32,851 nucleotides of DNA from a virus. Its lineage: Duplodnaviria > Caudoviricetes. The position numbers were made by a program, and so were the translations under genes. The first letter of the stretch is position 1. Each line of letters starts with the position of its first letter. The stretch covers positions 1-32,851 of IMG/VR virus record IMGVR_UViG_3300049042_000245, one strand, 5' to 3'. Below, piece after piece: positions 1-7,457 of the stretch. The notes beneath the pieces are model-generated. The model was not told the DNA's origin. It worked only from the letters and a program-made list of their open reading frames with translations, and searched no databases.

Positions 1-44
1 GATGCAGCCCCCGTTGACCCCTCGGCTGTCGTTCGGCATGCATG

Positions 45-428
45 CTACCCCCACCCCTCTACTTGCTTGGGGCTACTTCTGCCGGGGTAGTCGTGTCTCA
101 TTGTTTTTGACTTGTGGCATGTGCTGCATAGTGCTTGAAGGTTGCTGGTGTGGTGTGCTGCTGTGGGGTTTGCAAACCATTTGATGGCTACTTTGTGGTC
201 GACTTCTGTGGCTTGTTGGTTGCAGGTTGCTTGGCAGCGGCAGTGCGGGTCGGTGCATTGGCATTGTGTGTGTTGCCGTAGGTATCGACGTGAGATTGTG
301 GGCCAGCGTGGCCCGTAGTTGTTGCGTTGGTAGTTCTGTCGGTCTGCTCGTTGTTTGCTGCGTTGGTGTTCGGGGCAGCGTGTCGTGCTGCTGAGGGCAG
401 GGCAACCGGGTTCTAGGCAGACCTTCAT
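45..428 (-). CDS. HNH endonuclease (terminase-associated, HK97 gp74-like)
   Basis: CLEPGC..RCPEH N-terminus; ATEVDHK...NLQALCSTCHKSKT HNH motif; position next to terS if the ends are joined. Confidence 0.9.
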   Translation of the reverse strand: MKVCLEPGCPALSSTTRCPEHQRSKQRADRQNYQRNNYGPRWPTISRRYLRQHTQCQCTDPHCRCQATCNQQATEVDHKVAIKWFANPTAAHHTSNLQALCSTCHKSKTMRHDYPGRSSPKQVEGWG

Positions 429-432
429 GGGG

Positions 433-1311
433 TTAAGCGCCGTAGTGCTTTAGGTATGTTTTGGTGCTGCGTGGGTACAGGTCTGATGGGATGCGGTATT
501 CGGCGCGTGGCGGGTTGAACAGGCTTTGGTATCGCAGCTTTGTGCCGAGCTCGTTAAACCATGCTGCCATGTTGTCGATGTATTCGGGGCAGTCCTCGGT
601 TTGGTTGCCCCATTCCGCGAAGCTAACCGGTTTCTGCCATCGGTTAGCCATTTCCAGATGTTTGGTTAGTGCTGGCTGCAGTTTGTTTTTCCATCGCTGC
701 TTGAACGTGGTTTGCCCTTGTGGCTTGTTGTAAATGTCAAGCCCGATGATGTTGACCACGTCGCGACCCGGGAAAGCATCTACACCAATAGTGTCAATGC
801 CGCTGACAGCTAGGTTGTATTCGATTAGTGCTTTTGGGGCTTCTTGTTTGGCGATGGTTGCAACATGCCGGAAAGCTTCGATATATGGTTCAACGTTCCC
901 GACGGCGGACCATGGGTACCATGCCCCTGATGCTTCATGTCCTAGCCGGATGACAACGGACTTCAGTCCTGCTGCTGCGAGTTGCGCGAATACCCGGCGA
1001 TAGTCAGCGTCGTATTTTCCTGCCGACACGGTATCCAGGTTCTGTTCAATGCGGGTTCTTCCGGCTGGGGTTTTGGCGTTGAACCCGCGTCCGAATCCCA
1101 ACGGAACAGTCATCACGACATTAAGCCGCGGTTTGATTTCGGCAGGAATGTTCTTCAGGTTCCCGTTAACGGAACCTTTCATAGCGTCAGGGTTGCCACG
1201 GTCTGCCATTTGGACAGTCCAGTCAATCCGACGACCTACCCATTTCTCTGCCCATGCCCATTGTTGGGCTGAGAAGGTGCCACCGTTGGGACGCATACCA
1301 AACGTGGTCAT
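433..1311 (-). CDS. Glycoside hydrolase family 26-like protein
   Basis: IRLGHEASGAWYPW (acid/base Glu), FPGRDVVNIIGLDIYN, KPVSFAEWG (nucleophile Glu). Start set at 1311 from ATGA coupling with the upstream ORF. Confidence 0.8.
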   Translation of the reverse strand: MTTFGMRPNGGTFSAQQWAWAEKWVGRRIDWTVQMADRGNPDAMKGSVNGNLKNIPAEIKPRLNVVMTVPLGFGRGFNAKTPAGRTRIEQNLDTVSAGKYDADYRRVFAQLAAAGLKSVVIRLGHEASGAWYPWSAVGNVEPYIEAFRHVATIAKQEAPKALIEYNLAVSGIDTIGVDAFPGRDVVNIIGLDIYNKPQGQTTFKQRWKNKLQPALTKHLEMANRWQKPVSFAEWGNQTEDCPEYIDNMAAWFNELGTKLRYQSLFNPPRAEYRIPSDLYPRSTKTYLKHYGA

Positions 1312-1571
1312 GCCTCGGCTCCATCTGCGGCTGCCATTGCCTGCCACAGAGGCCCAGGAGCTCCGTCGTCCGGTGCTGGGGCACTGACCACCTCAAAGAC
1401 CTTTCCGGTCTTGGGGATGCTGTCTGTGGGTGCCAGCACGACACCGTCGACCTTGAGGGTTACGGGCCCGGCTTCGGATGGAGTGATTTGCGACGCGTAA
1501 CTGCCACATGATCCGTTAGGGATCTTGTCCGGGCTTGATACTGCACCGTTGTAACTAATCAGGATTAGCAT
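1308..1571 (-). CDS. Hypothetical protein, 87 aa
   Basis: GAGGT RBS upstream; ATGA overlap with the GH26 gene. Confidence 0.7.
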   Translation of the reverse strand: MLILISYNGAVSSPDKIPNGSCGSYASQITPSEAGPVTLKVDGVVLAPTDSIPKTGKVFEVVSAPAPDDGAPGPLWQAMAAADGAEA

Positions 1572-1589
1572 TTTATGGGCACCTCAAAG

Positions 1590-1692
1590 AGTAAGAGGCA
1601 GGGGAGCCTGCCAGAAGGTTAGTGCTCGCCTAGGCGGCTGCAACCCTGCCTCTTACTGCTTTCTAGGCCGGACAGCAACGGACAGCCTAGAA
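1590..1692 (-). promoter_or_regulatory. Two tandem intergenic hairpins
   Basis: 14-bp perfect inverted repeat 1590-1603/1644-1657 with further internal pairing; 8-bp inverted repeat 1661-1668/1685-1692. Confidence 0.6.
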
Positions 1693-1694
1693 CA

Positions 1695-2258
1695 TCAAAC
1701 TAAAGCTTTCACCGCGCGACTGTCAAGCATTCTGGGACGCTCGCGTACGTGGCTGCGACTGTAACGCTCGCAGATGCTGCACCGATGTCCCAGGGCAGAC
1801 GTGCGGAGCCTGCAAACACTGCACCAACGCGCGCGAGGCTCCCGAACATGCGCGATGTCAGCAATAATGCCGACAGCCTCTCGGATCGCGTCAGATGCGC
1901 TGTATCCGGCCATATCGTGGCAAGGTCCAGCTATGTGGCTTTGAGCCAGGCGGTAACCATGGTCCTGATGTTCCGCGGCAGGCGGCAGGATACGGGCAAG
2001 GTGTTTACAGACCCTGCTCATGTTGTCGATGGATTGACGCAGGACAGTGGGCTCATGCCGTTTATGTGGCCCGTAACGGCTTACATGTTCTGTCGGGTCG
2101 AACAGGGTCATGGCGATAGCTAGGCGTGTTTCTGCGATGCCGAGCAGATGACCTAGGGCTATGCGGTTGTCGGTGCCTGCTGTGTCGATGCCTGCGCGTA
2201 CGTGTTGGAGCTCTACGGGCAGCCGGTCTAGGGCTGCGACAATGGGACGCGTTGACAT
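1695..2258 (-). CDS. Hypothetical protein with C-terminal CxxC-CxxC zinc finger
   Basis: CSVC...CSIC near the C-terminus; TGATG coupling to the upstream gene. Confidence 0.7.
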   Translation of the reverse strand: MSTRPIVAALDRLPVELQHVRAGIDTAGTDNRIALGHLLGIAETRLAIAMTLFDPTEHVSRYGPHKRHEPTVLRQSIDNMSRVCKHLARILPPAAEHQDHGYRLAQSHIAGPCHDMAGYSASDAIREAVGIIADIAHVREPRARWCSVCRLRTSALGHRCSICERYSRSHVRERPRMLDSRAVKALV

Positions 2259-2488
2259 CAGAGCAGACGGCTGGTGCTTTGGTCTGTGCCTAGCTGCTTG
2301 AGTCCTGCAGCGGTTGCCAGCGAGAGGGCTACGAGGACCACACCGGCTTTGAGGTTGTCAACGGTGAACAGGGTGTCGAACGTTCTGCCGGAGATGAGCC
2401 AGGAGGCCAGGTAGCCTTGGGCAAATGACTTGATGAGCCTATCGGCTGTCTCTTTGCACCATGCTTGGGTGTCTTTGCTGAGGGTCAT
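2258..2488 (-). CDS. Putative holin (r1t-like)
   Basis: WCKETADRLIKSFAQ resembles the r1t holin W...ERAxKTFAQ motif; two hydrophobic segments; ATG at 2488 coupled by TAATG. Confidence 0.65.
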   Translation of the reverse strand: MTLSKDTQAWCKETADRLIKSFAQGYLASWLISGRTFDTLFTVDNLKAGVVLVALSLATAAGLKQLGTDQSTSRLL

Positions 2489-2643
2489 TAGCGCATCCAA
2501 TCTTCATCCATGTTTTTGAGGCGAGCAGCGCGAGATGCTCGTTGGATCTGTTCTGCTTCTTCGATCATGCGACGTTTGTCGGATGCTCGTAGTGCTGCGA
2601 AGCAGGCTAGAGCTACGGCAGTGATGATGATTCCTAGGGCCAT
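2488..2643 (-). CDS. Small membrane-anchored protein, 51 aa (MALGIIITAVALACFAALRASDKRR...)
   Basis: Translated by hand (not in the ORF track); N-terminal hydrophobic helix; TAATG overlap with the holin gene. Confidence 0.65.
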   Translation of the reverse strand: MALGIIITAVALACFAALRASDKRRMIEEAEQIQRASRAARLKNMDEDWMR

Positions 2644-2689
2644 GGTGCGCCTTGTTTGGTGGTACGCGAGCAGATGCTGTCTGTGGTGC

Positions 2690-2945
2690 GGTACGTACTA
2701 CGTACGTACGTACATACTACTAATACATACTAACTACTATATGTAGTATGTACTAGTACTAGTATGTATTGTTTTTTTAGTAGTATAGTACTAGTACGTA
2801 CTTACATACTAAGTATATCTAAGTAGGTCGCCTACACCAAAGCGACCTACTTAGTACTGTACTAGTACTAGTACAAGGCTTGTCAAGTACCTGTGACAAG
2901 AAACACACCCACTGCTCGGCTGACCTGCTCGTTTACCTGCTCGGC
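2690..2945. repeat. AT-rich palindrome/iteron-like cluster, candidate replication origin or control region
   Basis: TACATACTA x5 in both orientations, GTACTAGTAC x4, 13-bp inverted repeat 2819-2831/2842-2854, CTTGTCA-N8-TGACAAG 2879-2900, CTGCTCG x3. Lies between divergent operons, upstream of the replication genes. Confidence 0.65.
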
Positions 2946-2966
2946 AAGACCACCCGTAAAAACCTC

Positions 2967-2995
2967 TTGCATGGCTAACCAACCCGTGCTACAGT
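2967..2995 (+). promoter_or_regulatory. Sigma70-type promoter of the replication operon
   Basis: TTGCAT-17 bp-TACAGT with TGn extended -10. Confidence 0.65.
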
Positions 2996-3052
2996 GCTCC
3001 CACAAGCCGCAGACAGCAACCAAAGCGGCAAACCAAGAAGGAGGCAGCAGCA

Positions 3053-3226
3053 ATGATCGTGCGAAGGACCGACGATATCGTCACCATCACCATGAGCCTG
3101 CACCAAGCCAAGATGATGCGAGGCGTGTACAGCGTTGCCATCGCAGCCATCGATGGCAAAGGATCGGACGCACTGACCGAATCGGTGCAGCGTGTCTATG
3201 ACCGGCTGTCGGACGGTATCAAGTGA
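3053..3226 (+). CDS. Hypothetical protein, 57 aa (MIVRRTDDIVTITMSL...)
   Basis: AAGGAGG RBS; GTGA coupling to the next ORF; translated by hand. Confidence 0.7.
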   Translation: MIVRRTDDIVTITMSLHQAKMMRGVYSVAIAAIDGKGSDALTESVQRVYDRLSDGIK

Positions 3227-3360
3227 CGACAATCAAACGAGCTCTTGCCATTGCTGCAGTGCTGGCAGGTCTTGGGGCAATCAACATGATTGCCTCAGAC
3301 CCTGCAGGCCCGACACCGGACAGGCCCGACCTTGTGTCACGGTTTGAAGGCAGACCATGA
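3223..3360 (+). CDS. Small membrane protein, 45 aa (MTTIKRALAIAAVLAGLGAINM...)
   Basis: 4-bp overlaps on both sides; hydrophobic helix; translated by hand. Confidence 0.6.
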   Translation: MTTIKRALAIAAVLAGLGAINMIASDPAGPTPDRPDLVSRFEGRP

Positions 3361-4217
3361 GCCTGCCATCGTCCTACCGGCTGCCAGGAGGCCGCTGGGT
3401 ACACAACATCAGGCAGTCAACCGTTAGCCGGTTCCGGCAATGTCCCGAACTTGCGCGGCTCGAAATGCTGGGGCTCGTAGAACCGCAATCCTCAGACGTT
3501 GCAGCCATCGGCACAGCAGTCCACGCGGCCATTGAGACAACCCTTAAAGGGCAAGGCCCGAAAGCCATGGAAGCCATCGAAGAAAGCCTAGAAGCAGCCT
3601 GGCACGGCCCGGACCTGTTGACCGTCACCGAAGTTGGGTCACAAGCCGAGGCGGTTAAGGTGTCTTGGAGGATCTACGGACGTTGGCGGGCAGAGATCCT
3701 GCCCGAGCTCGCAGGACTCGAAATCTTGGACATCGAACGCAAGTTCACCGTTCCGGTTGTCGACAACGACAGACACCAAATCAACCTTCAAGGCACCTAC
3801 GACGCTCTCGACAATCTCGGACGCGTATGGGACTGGAAAACCGGCAACCGTGACGTTGCAGGCCGCGAAGCCTGGAAGTACCGACGTGGCTACGCGTCAG
3901 CGCAACACATCATCTACCCATGGGCAGCGGAAGTAATCAGACGAGACGACAACCCGCTAGAAATGGCAGGCCCGTTATGGCACCAGTTCCGGTACTGTGT
4001 CATACCTCGCGGTGGAGGCAATACATCGGTATTGGATTTGACGGTCACAGCCGATGACTGCCGGTTCCTGCTCGATGAGATCACACGGATTTGCCTGCTA
4101 ATCGAGGCAGACCTACCGGCATGGCCTTTAGGGCCCACCGACTGGCATTGCAGCCCGAAATGGTGCCCGGCATGGTCCCAGTGTCGCGGCAAGCATCACG
4201 GACAAACACCCTGGTAA
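3357..4217 (+). CDS. PD-(D/E)XK exonuclease, Cas4/RecB-like
   Basis: QSTVSRFRQCP, IGTAVHAAIE, GTYDALD...DWKTG, C-terminal CSPKWCPAWSQC cysteine cluster. Confidence 0.88.
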   Translation: MSLPSSYRLPGGRWVHNIRQSTVSRFRQCPELARLEMLGLVEPQSSDVAAIGTAVHAAIETTLKGQGPKAMEAIEESLEAAWHGPDLLTVTEVGSQAEAVKVSWRIYGRWRAEILPELAGLEILDIERKFTVPVVDNDRHQINLQGTYDALDNLGRVWDWKTGNRDVAGREAWKYRRGYASAQHIIYPWAAEVIRRDDNPLEMAGPLWHQFRYCVIPRGGGNTSVLDLTVTADDCRFLLDEITRICLLIEADLPAWPLGPTDWHCSPKWCPAWSQCRGKHHGQTPW

Positions 4218-4237
4218 CGATAGAAAGGCAAACGGAG

Positions 4238-4801
4238 ATGGCAGACGAAATTTTGGTCACGGTCAATTACGGGCGCAAGAAGCAAGTTGCACCATATGAG
4301 ATGGCCGAAGCATCGGTAATCATCGAGGAACGGTTCCGCGGTGACGCTGACCCGTTGGACATCGAGCGGGCTATCCGAACCCAGTTCATCGCAGCAAAAT
4401 CGCAGGTCTTTCTAGAGCTCGGGTTGCCTTTCGAGCAGGACGACGAAACCGGCATCATCCACGAAGTGTTCCCTACCGCTGTCGTGGTGGCTGCTGCGGC
4501 CGCACAACCGGCCGTACAGGCCCGTAGGGTCGTTTCGACGGCTCCGGCATACGATCATGCCGAACACGTCGAAGAAGCCCCAGAACCGGCGTATAGGCCC
4601 GCTAGCAACATCACCCCCAGCAACGAACGCGAAGCACTGTTCCTAGAGCTGATGGAGCATCCCGACCGTTGGGTTCAAGTTCAGTCGGATAACGCGAAAG
4701 CACCCGATTTCAGGCACAAGACCAAAACCAAGCCCAACAGTGAGTACAAGGTGTCGCTATGGGAACGAGACGCGCCGCGATGGTTCGTTAACCCGTTCTA
4801 A
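4238..4801 (+). CDS. Putative ssDNA-binding protein with C-terminal PDF motif
   Basis: LMEHPDRW...NAKAPDFRHK...SLWERDAPRW; lies between exonuclease and helicase; start at ATG 4238. Confidence 0.6.
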   Translation: MADEILVTVNYGRKKQVAPYEMAEASVIIEERFRGDADPLDIERAIRTQFIAAKSQVFLELGLPFEQDDETGIIHEVFPTAVVVAAAAAQPAVQARRVVSTAPAYDHAEHVEEAPEPAYRPASNITPSNEREALFLELMEHPDRWVQVQSDNAKAPDFRHKTKTKPNSEYKVSLWERDAPRWFVNPF

Positions 4802-4852
4802 TAGCACAACAACAAACAACAACAACGCAACTGTTTACGGAGGATAAGGACC

Positions 4853-5221
4853 ATGGAAACGACCGTCGAATTTGGAGATATCACGGCTGCAGCGGACAGC
4901 GCCCGGCATCGTCGGGAAATCCCGTCCGACATTGCAACCGGACCCGTCGCAGACCTGCAGTTTGCCGATGCCCCCCCTGCGTTCGCGCGAGAACGAGGAG
5001 GGCAGCGCATCAGCCGTTGGGCTCCCGTCCTCGACACCCTGCAGGCAAACCCAGGCCAATGGGCGAAGATCGGCACGTTTGCGTCAGCGACGAACCGGCC
5101 GAAGCTTCTTAAGGACGCGGGAATCAAGTTCCGCGTTATCAGCCGCACCGAACACAGCCATGCCACTGGCACGACTGTTGTCCTGTTCGACCTGTGGGCT
5201 TGCTACCCTGCACCATTCTGA
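4853..5221 (+). CDS. Hypothetical protein (RWAPVLDTLQANPGQWAKI), possibly DNA-binding
   Basis: Strong GGAGG/AAGGA RBS; operon context; function not established. Confidence 0.7.
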   Translation: METTVEFGDITAAADSARHRREIPSDIATGPVADLQFADAPPAFARERGGQRISRWAPVLDTLQANPGQWAKIGTFASATNRPKLLKDAGIKFRVISRTEHSHATGTTVVLFDLWACYPAPF

Positions 5222-5238
5222 CCCAGGAGCCACAAAGA

Positions 5239-6234
5239 ATGCTCTCCCATGATGTGATCGAGGAGAGAGCAGCGACGAAGGCCAGCGGCAACGCTGGCCT
5301 TTATCGTTCCCTCTCGCAAATCGCTAGCGATGAACCCAAGACGGAGGGTCTGCTGACAGGGCTAGACCGGCTTGACAGGCTCACAGGAGGACTCAGACCG
5401 GCGAAACTAAACCTTGTTGGCGGATACTCCGGCAACGGCAAAACAGCCCTAATGCTGTCAATTGGTGTGCGGAACATGTCCGAAGATGCGCCATGGCTGT
5501 TCTTCACAGCCGACGATTCCGACGACGCGGTATTACAGAAAGTGTTGGCAATGCACCTAGGCGTGCCATTGGACGAAGTCGAGACACGCGGCCCTAGATG
5601 GCGCACCGAACAAGTCAGAGACCTAGAGGGCTGTCTACTTGTTGCAGCACCACAGAGGAGCTCCACCTACACAGCCGAAGAACTGCTATGGGTATACGAG
5701 GAGGCCACCGAGGCGTGGGGCATCCCACCGAAATTGGTTTGCTTCGACTACCTGTCTTTGCTCGGTTTGTCTGCAGATTCCGATAACGGTTTGGCGAGCG
5801 TCAAAACGAAAGCCGCGAAACTAAAAAGCCTTGCCAGGCGCACAAGTGACAGCGTCTGGCTCGTAGGACACCAATGCAAAAAAGAGGCCGGTAGCGACTG
5901 TCCGGCGCTAACGCTCAATCACCTTGAATTCGGTGGACATCAGGAAGCCGACGGCGTGGTATTGGGATGCCGTCGCAGACTTACCACCACCAAACTGCCT
6001 GATTGGGAAATGGAGCTCGAAGAAGGCCAGCCGACCACGAACGTCAGCGTGATGAAGAACAAGGTCACGGGCAGAACATCACCCGACCCGCGTGGCGTCC
6101 CGTACGTTATTGATCCTGCCACAGGACTTGTCCGTGACTTTGCAGATGACGAGCAGAGAGCGCGAGACCGCAAAGGCAACACGGCAAAGGCCGGACCACC
6201 GATCTACCGCTACCCCAAACATGAGACAGACTGA
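5239..6234 (+). CDS. dnaB: DnaB-like (SF4) replicative helicase
   Basis: Walker A GGYSGNGKT, Walker B LVCFDYL, HQ motif, QEADGVV, VMKNKV; AGGAG RBS before ATG 5239. Confidence 0.85.
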   Translation: MLSHDVIEERAATKASGNAGLYRSLSQIASDEPKTEGLLTGLDRLDRLTGGLRPAKLNLVGGYSGNGKTALMLSIGVRNMSEDAPWLFFTADDSDDAVLQKVLAMHLGVPLDEVETRGPRWRTEQVRDLEGCLLVAAPQRSSTYTAEELLWVYEEATEAWGIPPKLVCFDYLSLLGLSADSDNGLASVKTKAAKLKSLARRTSDSVWLVGHQCKKEAGSDCPALTLNHLEFGGHQEADGVVLGCRRRLTTTKLPDWEMELEEGQPTTNVSVMKNKVTGRTSPDPRGVPYVIDPATGLVRDFADDEQRARDRKGNTAKAGPPIYRYPKHETD

Positions 6235-7144
6235 CCTAACCGTATTCGCGACATTGTTCGCGGGCAGGACAGACGCCTATTTCGTGTCGGCTCCAAGACC
6301 TAGAGCTAAACGATCTCCGGTTACCGTTCGGCTGTTTGCCGATCATCTAACCGGCGTGGTCGACATCGGCACCTATCCCGTCCGTGATGACGCTACTTGT
6401 CGGTGGGGTTGCATCGACATCGACACCCCACAAGACGGCACCGATGACGACAGCTACCGGCGTGCTACCGACATTTGGTCAGTTTGGCGATACTACGGGC
6501 TGCCTGCTTGGGTCGAACGATCACGGAGTAAGGGTTATCACGTCTGGATTTTCTGCGATTGGCTGCCTGCGCGAGTTGTCCGGTCTGCAGGGCTGTGGGT
6601 CAACCACATTGCCGAAGCAGAATCCAGAGAAGTGAACCCTAAGAACGTTGCACCATGGCTGACAGGCGATGGTCTAATCAACACGGTTCGCACCCCTTAC
6701 GCGGGTGCAGCGAATCCGGGCAGGATGGTGATGCTCGATGAGCAGGGGCAAGACATCGAGGTTGACGAGTGGGTTAGAGCGGCTGGGGCTCAGCTATGCC
6801 GTACGGATCTGCTGCGAGCTCTCGCGGATCGTTGGGACCGCAATGCCAAGCAGGACCGGCGGACGGCTGCTCTGGTCTCTGCAGGTCAGGACAGCGGCAC
6901 GTCTCTACGACTTGGAACGGGCAGCAGCCAAGAAGCAGTGCAGATCCTCAGAGGGTTGAGACGGGCAGGGCCCGGCGAACGCGACAACCAATTTTGGACC
7001 ATGGCGTGTTACCTGCGACGCAGAGGCGAACCGTTAGGGCTCGCGTTACGGATGGTCGAAACAGCATGGCGCGAACAGGTCAGCGATCAGGCAGGGTTCC
7101 CGCTAGATCAGGCGTTGGAGAAGGTGCATAGGGCATACCGTTGA
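6221..7144 (+). CDS. AEP-family primase(-polymerase) with PriCT-like C-terminus
   Basis: LFAGRTDAY, GTYPV...WGCIDID, ERSRSKGYHVWIF, GERDNQFWTMACYL. Confidence 0.85.
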   Translation: MRQTDLTVFATLFAGRTDAYFVSAPRPRAKRSPVTVRLFADHLTGVVDIGTYPVRDDATCRWGCIDIDTPQDGTDDDSYRRATDIWSVWRYYGLPAWVERSRSKGYHVWIFCDWLPARVVRSAGLWVNHIAEAESREVNPKNVAPWLTGDGLINTVRTPYAGAANPGRMVMLDEQGQDIEVDEWVRAAGAQLCRTDLLRALADRWDRNAKQDRRTAALVSAGQDSGTSLRLGTGSSQEAVQILRGLRRAGPGERDNQFWTMACYLRRRGEPLGLALRMVETAWREQVSDQAGFPLDQALEKVHRAYR

Positions 7145-7169
7145 CATCAGTAGTCACATGTGATAGAGT
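7141..7169 (+). promoter_or_regulatory. Motif promoter P1
   Basis: TTGACA-tcAGTAGTCacatgtga(17)-TAGAGT; the -35 overlaps the primase stop codon. Confidence 0.75.
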
Positions 7170-7185
7170 TCGCAAGACAGCAGCA

Positions 7186-7202
7186 GACGGCAACTAACAG
7201 GA
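7186..7202 (+). repeat. Direct repeat, left copy (GACGGCAACTAACAGGA)
   Basis: 16/17 identical to 8217-8233; the pair brackets the AT-rich insert. Confidence 0.75.
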
Positions 7203-7211
7203 TTTCGCAAA

Positions 7212-7457
7212 ATGTATTCAGGCAATGAATGCACAACCTTTGAGCCAAAAATTGGCGATTACGTGCGCGTGGTCGCTGTTGGCTGCGGCTGCAAAAGTCG
7301 CGGGCCGTTATGTGAACTGCACAAGTGGATTGGTATAACCGCCAAGGTGACAGAAATCGTCAAGCCAATAAGCAAAAGTAATGTGCACAAATTCCTGCTT
7401 AAAGAAATACCTCATGAATGGTTTGAAGATGAAATAGAAATAGAAAGAACTACATAG
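7212..7457 (+). CDS. Hypothetical protein, 81 aa, AT-rich
   Basis: ORF after AGGA RBS, abutting the next ATG; KIGDYVRVV...GITAKVTEI suggests an SH3/KOW-like fold. Confidence 0.7.
   Translation: MYSGNECTTFEPKIGDYVRVVAVGCGCKSRGPLCELHKWIGITAKVTEIVKPISKSNVHKFLLKEIPHEWFEDEIEIERTT

Noticed and set aside
2690-2880. CRISPR array or simple microsatellite
   Set aside because: Repeats are 9-13 bp, overlapping and in both orientations, with no unique spacers or constant period.
2856-2886. Leftward sigma70 promoter from minus-strand TTGACA at 2886-2881
   Set aside because: The best -10 (TACAGT) needs a 19-bp spacer. Possible if activator-dependent, but not supportable as a feature.
3357-4217. Cas4-like gene plus repeats as a CRISPR-Cas system
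   Set aside because: No other cas genes and no regularly spaced repeat-spacer array. Solo Cas4-like nucleases are ordinary phage recombination genes.
4805-4831. CAA-rich run as a functional repeat
   Set aside because: Short unstructured A/C tract before a strong RBS, most simply a translation-enhancing leader.
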